Virus record (IMG/VR): IMGVR_UViG_3300049218_000313
Location: 51,161-115,160 of that record
DNA: 64,000 bases
Reading direction: 5' to 3' (one strand)
From: a virus
In this document: in pieces, positions 32,935-41,793 of the stretch
Position numbering within the stretch: the stretch's first letter is position 1
Layout of the letters: the number at the start of each line of letters is the position of its first letter
Notes under the pieces: generated by a model
The model's database searches: none
What the model saw: the letters and a program-made list of their open reading frames with translations, nothing else
What the model was told of the DNA's origin: nothing
Translations under genes and position numbers: made by a program

Positions 32935-33226
32935 GGGTCGGGTCCGCGTCTGCGAACGCCGACGCCGGCATCGCCATGATCTGGGTCGCGGCCTGCGTGA
33001 CGGCGTTGAGGACGTTCTGCACGGCGTTGAGCTCGTTGGGGCGCGTAGGTGTGTCCGGGCCCGAGATGCGCGCAATCTGCTGGGTAGCAAGGTCCTCGAA
33101 CGTGATGGCGCTGAAGGACTGAACAAGCTTGTCTCCCTCTACCGCCGCGTAGGCGTCGTTGAGGGCCACGCGCAGGTTGAGGTTCTGCTGCTGTGTCTGC
33201 GGATCGTCCTGGACGTTGCCGGGCAT
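32912..33226 (-). CDS. Hypothetical helical protein (104 aa)
   Basis: GC3-rich ORF with GGAG RBS. Confidence 0.65.
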   Translation of the reverse strand: MPGNVQDDPQTQQQNLNLRVALNDAYAAVEGDKLVQSFSAITFEDLATQQIARISGPDTPTRPNELNAVQNVLNAVTQAATQIMAMPASAFADADPTRDVNSPA

Positions 33227-33229
33227 GGG

Positions 33230-33778
33230 CTACTCCAACGGTGTGGGGGTTCGCAGCTTGTCGGCGAACCCACGTAGCAGATAGGGGAACGCCGTGATGT
33301 CGAAGGTCGTGGTGTTCAGTATCGTGAGTCCCACGGGAATGATCGGGTCGACTCCAGAGGGCGGACTGACGCGCAGGTGGTCGCTGACAAGGCGCAGGGC
33401 ATCGACCAGGGAAGGGAAGACCTTCTGCACCTGCTCGCCCTGCTCGATGCAGTGGTACAGCACCTCTTCGTGCATGACCCCCTTGGGCACCTGCTCGACT
33501 ACAGCCCGGCGGGCCGGGATACGAGAAAGCGGCGGCTGCGTCTGAGCCGCGACCTGCTCCTGCATGCCCAGGGGAGTATCAACACGCTGCCCAGTGATGA
33601 TGATCGCCGCGCCTCGTACGGTCTGGCTCACCACCTGGAACTGATTGTCGGTCATCTCCTGCAGCGCGGCCTCGAGGGCATGGGCAAAGCTGTGCGGGTC
33701 GTCACCGGTGACGGCCACGGTCTTCCAGTGCACCTTGGGCTGGAACGGGTTGCTGCGCATACGCTGGCGTGAACTCAT
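33230..33778 (-). CDS. Hypothetical protein
   Basis: GC3-rich ORF; start chosen at MSSRQR. Confidence 0.65.
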   Translation of the reverse strand: MSSRQRMRSNPFQPKVHWKTVAVTGDDPHSFAHALEAALQEMTDNQFQVVSQTVRGAAIIITGQRVDTPLGMQEQVAAQTQPPLSRIPARRAVVEQVPKGVMHEEVLYHCIEQGEQVQKVFPSLVDALRLVSDHLRVSPPSGVDPIIPVGLTILNTTTFDITAFPYLLRGFADKLRTPTPLE

Positions 33779-33853
33779 TCTACTCCCTTCACAGTGTATT
33801 CCCGAACCTTCCACCTGAAGCCTGTGACGTCGTCAGGATCAATCATCCTGCGC

Positions 33854-34234
33854 TCAGTCCTGTCGATGAGCTTCTGTTGTCTCCACCAGCGCGACTGCGA
33901 CTTGCTGAACTTCCTGCGTCGAAGACGACCCGACATCTACTTCTCCTCCTTCAGTGGGCTCGCCTACGGCCTTGGTCAGAGCGCGCAGGCGGTCCATGCC
34001 CTTGCCGATGAGGCTCTTCTGCACCTCGCGCACGACCTGTATGTACGTCTTGCACGCCGCAACCGCCTGAAAGAGGCCAGCCTGATCTTTTGCGAGCTCC
34101 GGGGCAGGCAGCCCCTTGACCATCGCGAACTCGGCGTAGTCGACGCTCATGTCAAAAAGGTGCTGCTTCTCGGCCTCCTCGTACGTGATGCCCCTGAAGG
34201 TCGCCAGCGCCTCGATGAACGGGTCCTTCTCCAT
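33854..34234 (-). CDS. Hypothetical protein
   Basis: AAGGAAG RBS before MEKDPF. Confidence 0.65.
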   Translation of the reverse strand: MEKDPFIEALATFRGITYEEAEKQHLFDMSVDYAEFAMVKGLPAPELAKDQAGLFQAVAACKTYIQVVREVQKSLIGKGMDRLRALTKAVGEPTEGGEVDVGSSSTQEVQQVAVALVETTEAHRQD

Positions 34235-34245
34235 CGCTTCCTTGG

Positions 34246-34761
34246 TCAGTAGAACTGGTTGTGTACCAGCTGGACCACCTGGTTCCAGTTGGTGGCCACG
34301 GTTACACCCTCCACCACCTCGGTGTTGATCGTGCGGTCGGTTTGCCAGAGCACCGGGATGACGTAGTCGTTGTTCTGGCTGAGCCAGTAGTCGAACCAAC
34401 TGCGAACGTGCTCGTACTTGTCGTCGATGAAGATGTCGCCGTGGATGCGCTCCTTGTGGCGCGTGTGGATGACGTAGCTGATGTCAGCCCCGAAGTGCCG
34501 CTCAAGCCAGAGCTCGCGCTCGTGCGCCCACGTAGGGGAGCCATTGAACGGCGAGGTGACGCAGATGATGTCCGCGAGCTCCTTCAGCTTCTTCACACCT
34601 TCGACGGCGCCCTCGTAGACGGGGATGCTGTCGAAAACCTCCCAGGTGGTTATGTCGCTGGGCTTGTACTTCTTGCCCGTGATCTCGTTCACGAGCGAGA
34701 CCGCAGCCAGGGTGAAGTTGGCCAGGATTCCGTCGACGTCCAGTAGAACAGTGGGCTTCAT
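34246..34761 (-). CDS. HAD-family 5'(3')-deoxyribonucleotidase (NT5C-like)
   Basis: LLDVDGILANF (DxDG), CVTSP, WLERHF, HKERIHGDIFIDDK. Confidence 0.85.
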   Translation of the reverse strand: MKPTVLLDVDGILANFTLAAVSLVNEITGKKYKPSDITTWEVFDSIPVYEGAVEGVKKLKELADIICVTSPFNGSPTWAHERELWLERHFGADISYVIHTRHKERIHGDIFIDDKYEHVRSWFDYWLSQNNDYVIPVLWQTDRTINTEVVEGVTVATNWNQVVQLVHNQFY

Positions 34762-35390
34762 CAGACCTTCTTGCCTCCATGCCTCGTGGGACGCGTGCGG
34801 TTGTAGGCCTCCTTCTGGTCGATGGCGGCCCACAGGTCGATGCCCTTGCCCTTGCAGAATGCGAAGACCTCCCTGAGGGCGTCGGTGAGGTGCGCGAGGT
34901 ACGCCGTGTCCCCCTCCCCCATCGTCTTCGACGAGTAGGCCAGCGCGACCGCCAGGTGGGCCTCGGCGATGAGGGTGTCGAAGTCGGCGTAGTGCTCATC
35001 GCTGATGCGCTCGTTGAAGAGCTCTTCGAGCGCGGCCGACTTGCCGGAGGTACCCACGTGCTGGGCCACGCGGATGACGAAGTCGGCGAGCTCGATGGGG
35101 ATGCCGCAGGGCTTGCACCTCGAGAGGTCGGCATCTTCCTTGAGCTGCGAGGCGTACGTCTTGCACCGGATGCTGCCCTCGCCTACCGTCTCGATCTCGT
35201 ACCAGATCTCGTTCAGCGGCTTGTTGTTGCGGTACTCCTCGAAGGCCTCGGACAGCTCGCTGTGATTGAGCGAGGCGATGGACGCGAAGGAGCGCGGGTC
35301 ACCTTCCGCGCTGACCCAGCCCTTCTCGAGGGAGATGGCGTGGGAGCGTTCGCAGAGGGCCTTGATGGTGTGCTCGGGCGTGGTGGTCAT
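34761..35390 (-). CDS. MazG-like nucleotide pyrophosphohydrolase
   Basis: HSELSEAFEEYR, GIPIELADFVIR, IDLWAAIDQKEAYNRTRPTRHGGK. Confidence 0.8.
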   Translation of the reverse strand: MTTTPEHTIKALCERSHAISLEKGWVSAEGDPRSFASIASLNHSELSEAFEEYRNNKPLNEIWYEIETVGEGSIRCKTYASQLKEDADLSRCKPCGIPIELADFVIRVAQHVGTSGKSAALEELFNERISDEHYADFDTLIAEAHLAVALAYSSKTMGEGDTAYLAHLTDALREVFAFCKGKGIDLWAAIDQKEAYNRTRPTRHGGKKV

Positions 35391-35632
35391 GGACGGTTCC
35401 TCAGGGTGATGTTCTCGGCTTCGAGGCTCTTCTTCTGGCTCTCGAGCTCGCGGATCTTCACGTCCGCGGCCGCGAGCAAGTCGTTCATCGTCTTCATGTT
35501 GCGTGTGGCCATCGCCTGCGCTTCGAGGGCCTTCGTGAGCAGCGTGGCCAGCTGGTCCTTGGTCAGGTGGTCGAGCTGCTCCTGAGTGATCTGCGGAATC
35601 TCGGGCACGGGGGGAATCGAGGGCATAGCCAC
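35387..35632 (-). CDS. Small coiled-coil protein
   Basis: Heptad-rich; ATGA overlap with the MazG-like gene. Confidence 0.65.
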   Translation of the reverse strand: MAMPSIPPVPEIPQITQEQLDHLTKDQLATLLTKALEAQAMATRNMKTMNDLLAAADVKIRELESQKKSLEAENITLRNRP

Positions 35633-35641
35633 GGTGGTCTC

Positions 35642-35818
35642 CTAGATGAACGGGTTTATGGGCAGGCGTGAGCGCTGTAGTCGCTCCATCATCCGCTCGA
35701 TAGCCCGCACCTGCCAACGGGCAAGATCGGGTCGATCAGTGGCCGGGCCGATGAGCTCGAGCTGGGCCTTTCGTTGTAGTAGCACCTGCAGTACGTAGTC
35801 GCGCTCAAGATCCTTCAC
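35642..35818 (-). CDS. Hypothetical protein (58 aa, VKDLERDYVLQVLLQRK...)
   Basis: Fills the gap; below the ORF-track cutoff. Confidence 0.5.
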   Translation of the reverse strand: MKDLERDYVLQVLLQRKAQLELIGPATDRPDLARWQVRAIERMMERLQRSRLPINPFI

Positions 35819-36347
35819 GTGGCAGCGCCCCCCTAGCCGCTATGCACTTGCACTCCTCTCCGCGCGCACTGTACGCGGCGCATCCGTGAGCACCGTGCTG
35901 CTCAGGGGCGTGGTAGCAGGTGCAGATGCTCGACCAAGGCGGCGGGCTCTTGATCTGGCTGACGGGACTGAGTCCGTTTAGCCCGATCCACCTCGTGATG
36001 GACGCCGAGACATGGTCCGTCACTGAACCGGCAGGCACCGGCGGCGCCATCTTGTTCTCGGTGGCCCGCACGATGAGGTCCAAGAACTCGGCGCTGATCT
36101 TGGGGCTACTCTCGATGTGCTCGAAGAGCTTCTGCCAGACCCAATCCACGAAGAAGGCCGCATCGATGTTCTTGAACTGGAAGCCATTGATGCAGTGGCG
36201 GCAGCGTTCTACTGCTGGCGTAGTACGGCCAGGAACAGCGGTGTGCGGTCTGGCGCTAACTTCTCCGGTGCCACCGCACGTCGGGCAGATGCGAGACAGG
36301 CACGGAGCGAATCCTTCTTTCAGCCCGCCATCGTTGGCGGAACTCAT
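35805..36347 (-). CDS. DnaJ-type Zn-finger protein with second Cys/His cluster
   Basis: CPTCGGTG...CRHCING; CTCYH...H.GC...CKC. Confidence 0.65.
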   Translation of the reverse strand: MSSANDGGLKEGFAPCLSRICPTCGGTGEVSARPHTAVPGRTTPAVERCRHCINGFQFKNIDAAFFVDWVWQKLFEHIESSPKISAEFLDLIVRATENKMAPPVPAGSVTDHVSASITRWIGLNGLSPVSQIKSPPPWSSICTCYHAPEQHGAHGCAAYSARGEECKCIAARGALPREGS

Positions 36348-36652
36348 ACGGTCCTCGCGTGCAAGGCATCTCGGACGCTGTCTGCCGAGGTAGTCTTCAC
36401 GTGCTGCCGCCAGACGTTGATGCTGACGACTTCCCAGTTGTTGGCGGTCTCGTCCCAGTAGGCCCAGACCTTCAGCTCGTCACGCATGCGGCGCAGCACA
36501 TCGAGGTCCGCTGCAGGTAGCGGATCTAGCAGGGGGAAGGGGCGGTCACGCTGCCCGTTCAACGTCTCGAACGCCAGATACTCGCCCCAGCCGGCGGCGT
36601 TCCAGTACTCCACCAAGCGGATGAAGTGCTGCACATACGGGTGGTCTTTCAT
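36344..36652 (-). CDS. Hypothetical protein
   Basis: GGAG RBS, first gene after a promoter motif. Confidence 0.7.
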   Translation of the reverse strand: MKDHPYVQHFIRLVEYWNAAGWGEYLAFETLNGQRDRPFPLLDPLPAADLDVLRRMRDELKVWAYWDETANNWEVVSINVWRQHVKTTSADSVRDALHARTV

Positions 36653-36687
36653 GGGCTCTCCGCGGGGCGGTGTCACCCCGTTGTCGG

Positions 36688-36718
36688 CCTTATGCCCGCC
36701 CGCCCCCAGGACTTGCCG
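36688..36718 (-). promoter_or_regulatory. AAR-N18-ATAAG promoter motif
   Basis: GGCAAG-N18-ATAAGG with gcgggcATAAG. Confidence 0.6.
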
Positions 36719-36720
36719 AG

Positions 36721-36918
36721 CTACTTCGCCAGCGGGGGAGGGGCAGCGTAGGTCCAGCCGTGGGCGAGGCGGTTGACCTCGGCCATGCTCTGCTCGACCT
36801 GGGCCTCGAGGGCGTTGCCCTCGTTGAGCAGGCGTATCGCGGCAGTAAGGGTACGGGCGGCGCGCAGGCGAGCGCGGATCTGGGCGAGCTTCTCGGGACG
36901 GCAGTCGATGACGTTCAC
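36721..36918 (-). CDS. Small helical protein at the end of the lysis cassette
   Basis: AAGGAG RBS, GTGA overlap with the holin stop; Arg-rich amphipathic N-half. Confidence 0.6.
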   Translation of the reverse strand: MNVIDCRPEKLAQIRARLRAARTLTAAIRLLNEGNALEAQVEQSMAEVNRLAHGWTYAAPPPLAK

Positions 36919-37205
36919 GCGGACTCCTTGTTGGGTTCCATCTTCTCGGTCTTGTTTTCGAAGGCGGGCTTGCCGCAGCTCGAGCAGTTGGCGGCCAGCA
37001 GCGCACGCCTTGCAGCGATGCCGGAGGCGACCTGCCACACACCCAGGCCGACGCCCATCTGGGCCACGACGGCCCCTATGATGTGACAGTACGCCACCAG
37101 AGCGACGTTGGTGGAGAACTCGCCGGCGGCCATCTGGGTGCCGACGATGATCATGCCCACGAGGGTGTGGGCGATGGTCTGCCAGTTGAGGGTGATGTTG
37201 TTCAT
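36915..37205 (-). CDS. Holin-like membrane protein
   Basis: Two hydrophobic segments, charged C-tail, directly downstream of the endolysin. Confidence 0.6.
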   Translation of the reverse strand: MNNITLNWQTIAHTLVGMIIVGTQMAAGEFSTNVALVAYCHIIGAVVAQMGVGLGVWQVASGIAARRALLAANCSSCGKPAFENKTEKMEPNKESA

Positions 37206-37215
37206 GGGAGCTCCT

Positions 37216-37860
37216 TCACGCTGCGCGCAGGACAACGACCGTGCGGCCGCGGTAGTCCTCCCACACGACATCCAGGTCGACCTCAGGACCGCCGCCGGGC
37301 ACCTTGTAGTCGAAGGGCATGCCCTGCACCACCGCCCAGCCGCATCCAGGCTCGGCATGCTGCCCGTTGCGATCGAGCACGATGGAGCCCGACTTCCAGT
37401 AGAGGGTGACCAGCAGGGCGTAGAGCTCCGCGCTGGTGAGGCCGACGCCCGCCCCGATGTAGCCGCCGGCGATGAAGCCCATCTTCACGATGACCGCGGC
37501 CGCGGCGTTGGCATGGGCAATCTTGTCGGCGGGCAGCCCGCCCATGCTCTCGAGATCGATGAAGAGCGTGAGCCCGGCCGGCAGATTGAGCGCCCGCAGC
37601 TTCTGACAGGCCACCGTGGCCATGCTCGCCCCGAGTGCTGCTGAGGGCTGGTAGCCAGGAGCCGGTGAGAACATGACGAAGGCCACCTGCAGGCCCGCGC
37701 TGAGCGCGAGGTCGATGTCCGACTGGGTGACCTGCTCGGCGTAGAGGAAGACCCCCGTGAACTTGTCCGCGACCAGCGCAGCGGCTTCGGTCGCCGTGAT
37801 GTGCGAGATCGTGTCGGCCCAGCGACTACCGGGAGTGGGCGTAGCGACGCTATAGTTCAT
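37216..37860 (-). CDS. DUF1906 / Rv2525c-like (GH25-related) peptidoglycan hydrolase, probable endolysin
   Basis: ADT...GVFLY...LSAGLQVAFV...G...A..AC..L..L.LPAG.TLFIDLE...GGYIG...YW. Confidence 0.7.
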   Translation of the reverse strand: MNYSVATPTPGSRWADTISHITATEAAALVADKFTGVFLYAEQVTQSDIDLALSAGLQVAFVMFSPAPGYQPSAALGASMATVACQKLRALNLPAGLTLFIDLESMGGLPADKIAHANAAAAVIVKMGFIAGGYIGAGVGLTSAELYALLVTLYWKSGSIVLDRNGQHAEPGCGWAVVQGMPFDYKVPGGGPEVDLDVVWEDYRGRTVVVLRAA

Positions 37861-37878
37861 GTGGGTCTCCTCTGGGTG

Positions 37879-38376
37879 CTACTTCGTGTGGCCGGCGTGC
37901 TTCATCGCCGCAACCGCCGTAGCGAGCTCCTTGACGCCCGCGATGGGTCCCGTCGTGGCCACGGCACCGGCAGTCGCCGAAGCTGGAGGGTTCTGGAAGT
38001 CGCTCACGATGGTCTCGACCTGCACGACGGCATCACTGACGGCCTGCATCAGGCTTTGGAAGTCGGGCGAGGGGTTCTTGGCGTCGATGGCCGCCTGCAC
38101 ACCGTCTTCGAGCGTCGCGAGCGCAGCACGCGCCGCCACCATGGCCTGCGTGAACTTCGGCTGCGCCACCACAAGGGCGCTGGCCGGAAGCAAAGGCGTA
38201 ATGGTCGACCAGGCCGTCTGGGCCAAGGTCAGGGCGTTCTCCGCCGCCGAGTCGAAGCTCTGCACGGCAGCGACGGGGTTGTTCACGATGTTCTGCCACC
38301 AGCTACTGGCGCAGCCTTCGGTGCCGAGCAGCGTGGTGGCGACGACGAGGACGAGTACGGCGAGGCGCTTGTTCAT
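37879..38376 (-). CDS. Helical lipoprotein, spanin-like candidate
   Basis: MNKRLAVLVLVVATTLLGTEG-C lipoprotein signal; adjacent to the endolysin. Confidence 0.6.
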   Translation of the reverse strand: MNKRLAVLVLVVATTLLGTEGCASSWWQNIVNNPVAAVQSFDSAAENALTLAQTAWSTITPLLPASALVVAQPKFTQAMVAARAALATLEDGVQAAIDAKNPSPDFQSLMQAVSDAVVQVETIVSDFQNPPASATAGAVATTGPIAGVKELATAVAAMKHAGHTK

Positions 38377-39005
38377 CTCTTGCTCCCTGATGCGCGCGGG
38401 GCGCGCGGCTTGGTGACGTTGGGCGTGGGCAGCTGTGGACGGCGCACCGGCGCCGAGCGCTGACCGGACTTCTGGGGCTTGCGTGCGACGACCTGCGAAG
38501 GCCCACGGGCCGCAGGAGCCGTCACGGTCTTCTTCACTACGGGCTGGCGCGGAGGCACGAGGGGCTTGCGTGGAAGCGCCTTGGCGCCAGCGGCAGGCAG
38601 CGGCTGCGTCTTCGGAGCGACAGCGGTGGCGATGGCCTTGTGCGCGCTCTCCTCGCTGCCCGTGAGCTGAGCGATGGCCGCGGTCATCAGCGAGACCATG
38701 GCCGCGTAAGGCAGGCTCTCCGGGACCAGACCAGGCTGGATGTCCTCGAGCAGGTCCCAAACGTCGGTGGTGATGAACTGAGGCGGGTAGGGCGGCTTGC
38801 GTGGCAGCACCAGGTCGTAACCCGCGAGGTAGAGCGCCCCGACGAGGGAGTACTTCACCTTGCCCGGCGAGTGCGGACCGACGGCAACACCCGAGGCGTT
38901 CGCGTAGTGCGCGCCGGTCTGGAGGTACACCTCTTCGCTCGGGATGAGCGCGAGGGCCCTCGAAAGGACCGTGATGGACTGCTCCTTGGTGAGACGAGTG
39001 GGCAT
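38373..39005 (-). CDS. Hypothetical protein (DUF6197-like N-half, Lys/Pro-rich tail)
   Basis: GAHYANASG.AV....GKVKYSLVGAL pattern. Confidence 0.55.
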   Translation of the reverse strand: MPTRLTKEQSITVLSRALALIPSEEVYLQTGAHYANASGVAVGPHSPGKVKYSLVGALYLAGYDLVLPRKPPYPPQFITTDVWDLLEDIQPGLVPESLPYAAMVSLMTAAIAQLTGSEESAHKAIATAVAPKTQPLPAAGAKALPRKPLVPPRQPVVKKTVTAPAARGPSQVVARKPQKSGQRSAPVRRPQLPTPNVTKPRAPRASGSKR

Positions 39006-39020
39006 GTTCTTTCCCTGAGC

Positions 39021-39614
39021 CTACCAGCGCCTGCGAGAAGCGACCGTCTTGGTCAGCGCGGCCATGGCGGCATCTTCCCTCGGTACCAGGCCTCGGCGCA
39101 ACATGGCCCCCAAGATCAGGCCGCAGGTGCGTGCATCGACGGCAGCGCGGTGGGCGTCTTCCATCGCGACATCGTAGCGGGCAGCGACCTCAGCGAGCTT
39201 GTTGCCCGCTCCGCCGATGTGGCGAGCGAGGTCCAACGTGCAGACGAGCATCTTGGGCGAGAGCGCCGGGCGGTTCAACCGCTGCAGCTCCTGCGAGAGC
39301 ATGCGCATGTCGAACGACGCGTTGTGCGCAGCCCAGACGTCGTGGGAGAACTCCATCAGCAGGTTAGGCAGCACCTGGGAGAACGTGGGACGTCCGGTGA
39401 GGTCCTTCCTGTCGATGTGGTTGATCTCGAGCGCCTTGTGCACGTCGGCGTTGTTCCAGTCGACGCCCTCGGGGCAGAGCAGCTGCGACCACTCGTGAAC
39501 AGGTTGGCCGCCTTCGAATACGACCACGGCGATCTCTACTATGCGCGCTCGACCGTCCAGTCCTGTGGTTTCTGTGTCGAAGGCGATCCACCCATCAGCC
39601 CACATCGCGTGCAC
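39021..39614 (-). CDS. DEDDh 3'-5' exonuclease (Pol III epsilon-like)
   Basis: FDTETTGL, AHNASFD, AHRAAVDA. Confidence 0.9.
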   Translation of the reverse strand: MHAMWADGWIAFDTETTGLDGRARIVEIAVVVFEGGQPVHEWSQLLCPEGVDWNNADVHKALEINHIDRKDLTGRPTFSQVLPNLLMEFSHDVWAAHNASFDMRMLSQELQRLNRPALSPKMLVCTLDLARHIGGAGNKLAEVAARYDVAMEDAHRAAVDARTCGLILGAMLRRGLVPREDAAMAALTKTVASRRRW

Positions 39615-40084
39615 CTTCCTCCGTCTTTCGTAGCACGCCAGATGTCGAGTGCATCAGAGGCGGCTGCTACAACGAGCGGGTCTTCTTCTGCTAGTACAAC
39701 ACGCTCGGACAAGATGAAAGCTACTTCTTCTGACCGACGGATAAAAAAGAGGGCCCCGTAGGAGGCGGCGACCCTGTACTCAGCGCGCGGATGGTTCAAC
39801 GCGCGGCGTACGAAGGTCTCCACCTGCAGGTTGTCGTGGAAGAGCCCCGCACCCACCGGCAGGTGCGCGGGCTCCGCCACAAGCTCGCTCTTGGCCGCGC
39901 GCAGTAGCTGACCGCGCAATGCGTCAGCTCCCTGCCGGCGGAAGATCATGTGCAGGCCCTTGATGGCCACGAGGCGCTTGTTGTTCTCCGCGCCCAGCGG
40001 CTCGTTCTTGAGGCGGAGCTGGTACCAGTGCGTGAGCACACACTTGAGGGCCGGGAACACGTCCACGCTCTTCGTGTCTAGCAC
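39539..40084 (-). CDS. Hypothetical protein
   Basis: GGAG RBS with GTG start; 3' end overlaps the exonuclease gene. Confidence 0.6.
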   Translation of the reverse strand: MLDTKSVDVFPALKCVLTHWYQLRLKNEPLGAENNKRLVAIKGLHMIFRRQGADALRGQLLRAAKSELVAEPAHLPVGAGLFHDNLQVETFVRRALNHPRAEYRVAASYGALFFIRRSEEVAFILSERVVLAEEDPLVVAAASDALDIWRATKDGGRCTRCGLMGGSPSTQKPQDWTVERA

Positions 40085-40104
40085 CGTCTCCTGCTAGCCG
40101 CAGC

Positions 40105-40134
40105 CTCTTATGCCCACCAGAAACCCGCTTTTGC
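40105..40134 (-). promoter_or_regulatory. AAR-N18-ATAAG promoter motif
   Basis: AGCAAA-N18-ATAAGAG with gtgggcATAAG. Confidence 0.6.
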
Positions 40135-40149
40135 TGGTCCACGGCCCCT

Positions 40150-40422
40150 TCATCCGAGCAGCTCGAGATTGTGGCACGACTCGCACGTGCCCGTAAGAGC
40201 AAGTACCAGGTCAGTCTTCTCCTGGCGGCACTTGTTGCACACCAAGTCGACGGCGCCCGTCATGGCGGCTAGAAGAGCGGCGTCGCCGAGAGGAGAATCA
40301 GGGGCAATGGCCTTGAGCATCTTCACCTCGGTCTGGTGAACGACCCTGTCCGTTCGGTTCTCCTCCAGCTTCGCGCGCACTTCGGGAGCCAGCCGACTGA
40401 CGGGCTGCTTCCCGAAGGCCAT
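40150..40422 (-). CDS. Small Zn-finger protein
   Basis: CNKC...CESC. Confidence 0.65.
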   Translation of the reverse strand: MAFGKQPVSRLAPEVRAKLEENRTDRVVHQTEVKMLKAIAPDSPLGDAALLAAMTGAVDLVCNKCRQEKTDLVLALTGTCESCHNLELLG

Positions 40423-40423
40423 T

Positions 40424-41248
40424 CTACGTCTCGCTGTGCGACGGCTCGTGCGCTTCCGCACGGGCCGTGCAGGCAGCACCGCAGTAGATGGCGCCGGGGT
40501 ACGCGACCGTCTTCTTCTTGCAGTGGGCGCACATCGATGCCTGCAGTGCGTCGAGTCGCACCCACGCGGCGTGAAGCACGGCCTTCGCACCCTCTGCCCT
40601 CTCAGGCGGCGACCGCCACCACGCCATGGCTGCGTCGGACACGGCCTTCTCGGCCTCGCCTGTGAGAATGAGATCCCGCGCGAAGGCCTCGTCGCGGGCC
40701 GTCTGCTTCGGCGTTGGAGTGGTCTTGGCCTCGTACTCGAGCTCGGCCTGCAGCATGGGCACGAACCTAGCTCGAAAGACCTTCTCGCAGAATGCAGTCG
40801 CCGCGGGGTCGGACTTCCACGCGCCGTACTCCCAGGGGTCATCGAGGTGCGTTTCGCTCTGCCAAGCCTCGAAGTCTTCTTCGTCCCCGCACCCTGCCTC
40901 AAAGAGATGCGCGAGTAGATCTATCTCTTCGCCAGTATACTTCCAGTTAGTGCCCTTCTCCTTGCGGACCGCTTCGTTACGCGCCGTGATGGCATCCTTG
41001 ATGGCCGCAGCGGTGGCGTGGCTATCGAAGACCAGCCCCTCATTCAGCCACCCGTGCAGCAACTTGCCACGCAAGTAGTCGACGTTCAGACCGCAGAGAA
41101 ACTGGCGGAACTCCATGCCCGGTTCGACCCAGATGTACGAGTAGTTTCCGTAGTCGGATACCGCTGAGAAGAACCCGATCTCCGTGGCGATGACAATGTG
41201 CGCCCAGCTCCCGACGCGATCGCGTTTGATGTAGTACCGCTTCAGCAT
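40424..41248 (-). CDS. Conserved phage hypothetical protein with C-terminal Zn finger
   Basis: AGGAGGAG RBS; VSDYGNYSYIW...FRQFL...DYLRGKL; CAHC...YCGAAC. Confidence 0.75.
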   Translation of the reverse strand: MLKRYYIKRDRVGSWAHIVIATEIGFFSAVSDYGNYSYIWVEPGMEFRQFLCGLNVDYLRGKLLHGWLNEGLVFDSHATAAAIKDAITARNEAVRKEKGTNWKYTGEEIDLLAHLFEAGCGDEEDFEAWQSETHLDDPWEYGAWKSDPAATAFCEKVFRARFVPMLQAELEYEAKTTPTPKQTARDEAFARDLILTGEAEKAVSDAAMAWWRSPPERAEGAKAVLHAAWVRLDALQASMCAHCKKKTVAYPGAIYCGAACTARAEAHEPSHSET

Positions 41249-41433
41249 CGCTCCTCCTGTTGCCGCTTCTTGGCCCTGACCCAGTTGGGGCAGCCCGTCT
41301 CGTGACAAGCCGTACCGTTGATGACCGCGACCGAGCACTGGGAGCACCTCGGGCGCCACACGCGCTGCGCCCTGTCGTACTCGCTCGCGTCGAAACCACG
41401 CGCGCGTAGCTGCCTGAGAACTCCGCGTGCCAT
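41242..41433 (-). CDS. Small Cys/His protein
   Basis: RCSQC...INGTACHETGCPN. Confidence 0.7.
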   Translation of the reverse strand: MARGVLRQLRARGFDASEYDRAQRVWRPRCSQCSVAVINGTACHETGCPNWVRAKKRQQEERC

Positions 41434-41793
41434 CTACTTGCTCTTCGCCGCGGCTTCGGCCCGCCGCTTCTTCAGCTGCAACAGGCCGTACTCGCTGTGC
41501 GTGTTCTTGCGCCGGCGGCTGGACGGCTTCATCTCCTCCTTGCAGACGTGGCAGGCCTCGCCGCTGCCCGTGAAAGCCAGGCAGTACGGCCGGCCCCCGC
41601 AGTAGCCGTGCTTGACCTTGAAGGCGCGCAGCTGGTGCTCGCTGCGGTAGCAGGCGTCGAAGTGTTGCTCGATCCGGTCCTGGATGAGAACCGCGCCGGT
41701 TAGCACCCTGAGGTCGTTGAGGTTGAGCGCCCGCCGCACCTTCGCGGGCAGGTTCTTCATGAGAGAGAGCTCTACTGAATCACGTCGGGCCAT
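41434..41793 (-). CDS. Basic Zn-finger protein
   Basis: YCGGRPYC...CHVC; Lys/Arg-rich tail. Confidence 0.65.
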   Translation of the reverse strand: MARRDSVELSLMKNLPAKVRRALNLNDLRVLTGAVLIQDRIEQHFDACYRSEHQLRAFKVKHGYCGGRPYCLAFTGSGEACHVCKEEMKPSSRRRKNTHSEYGLLQLKKRRAEAAAKSK

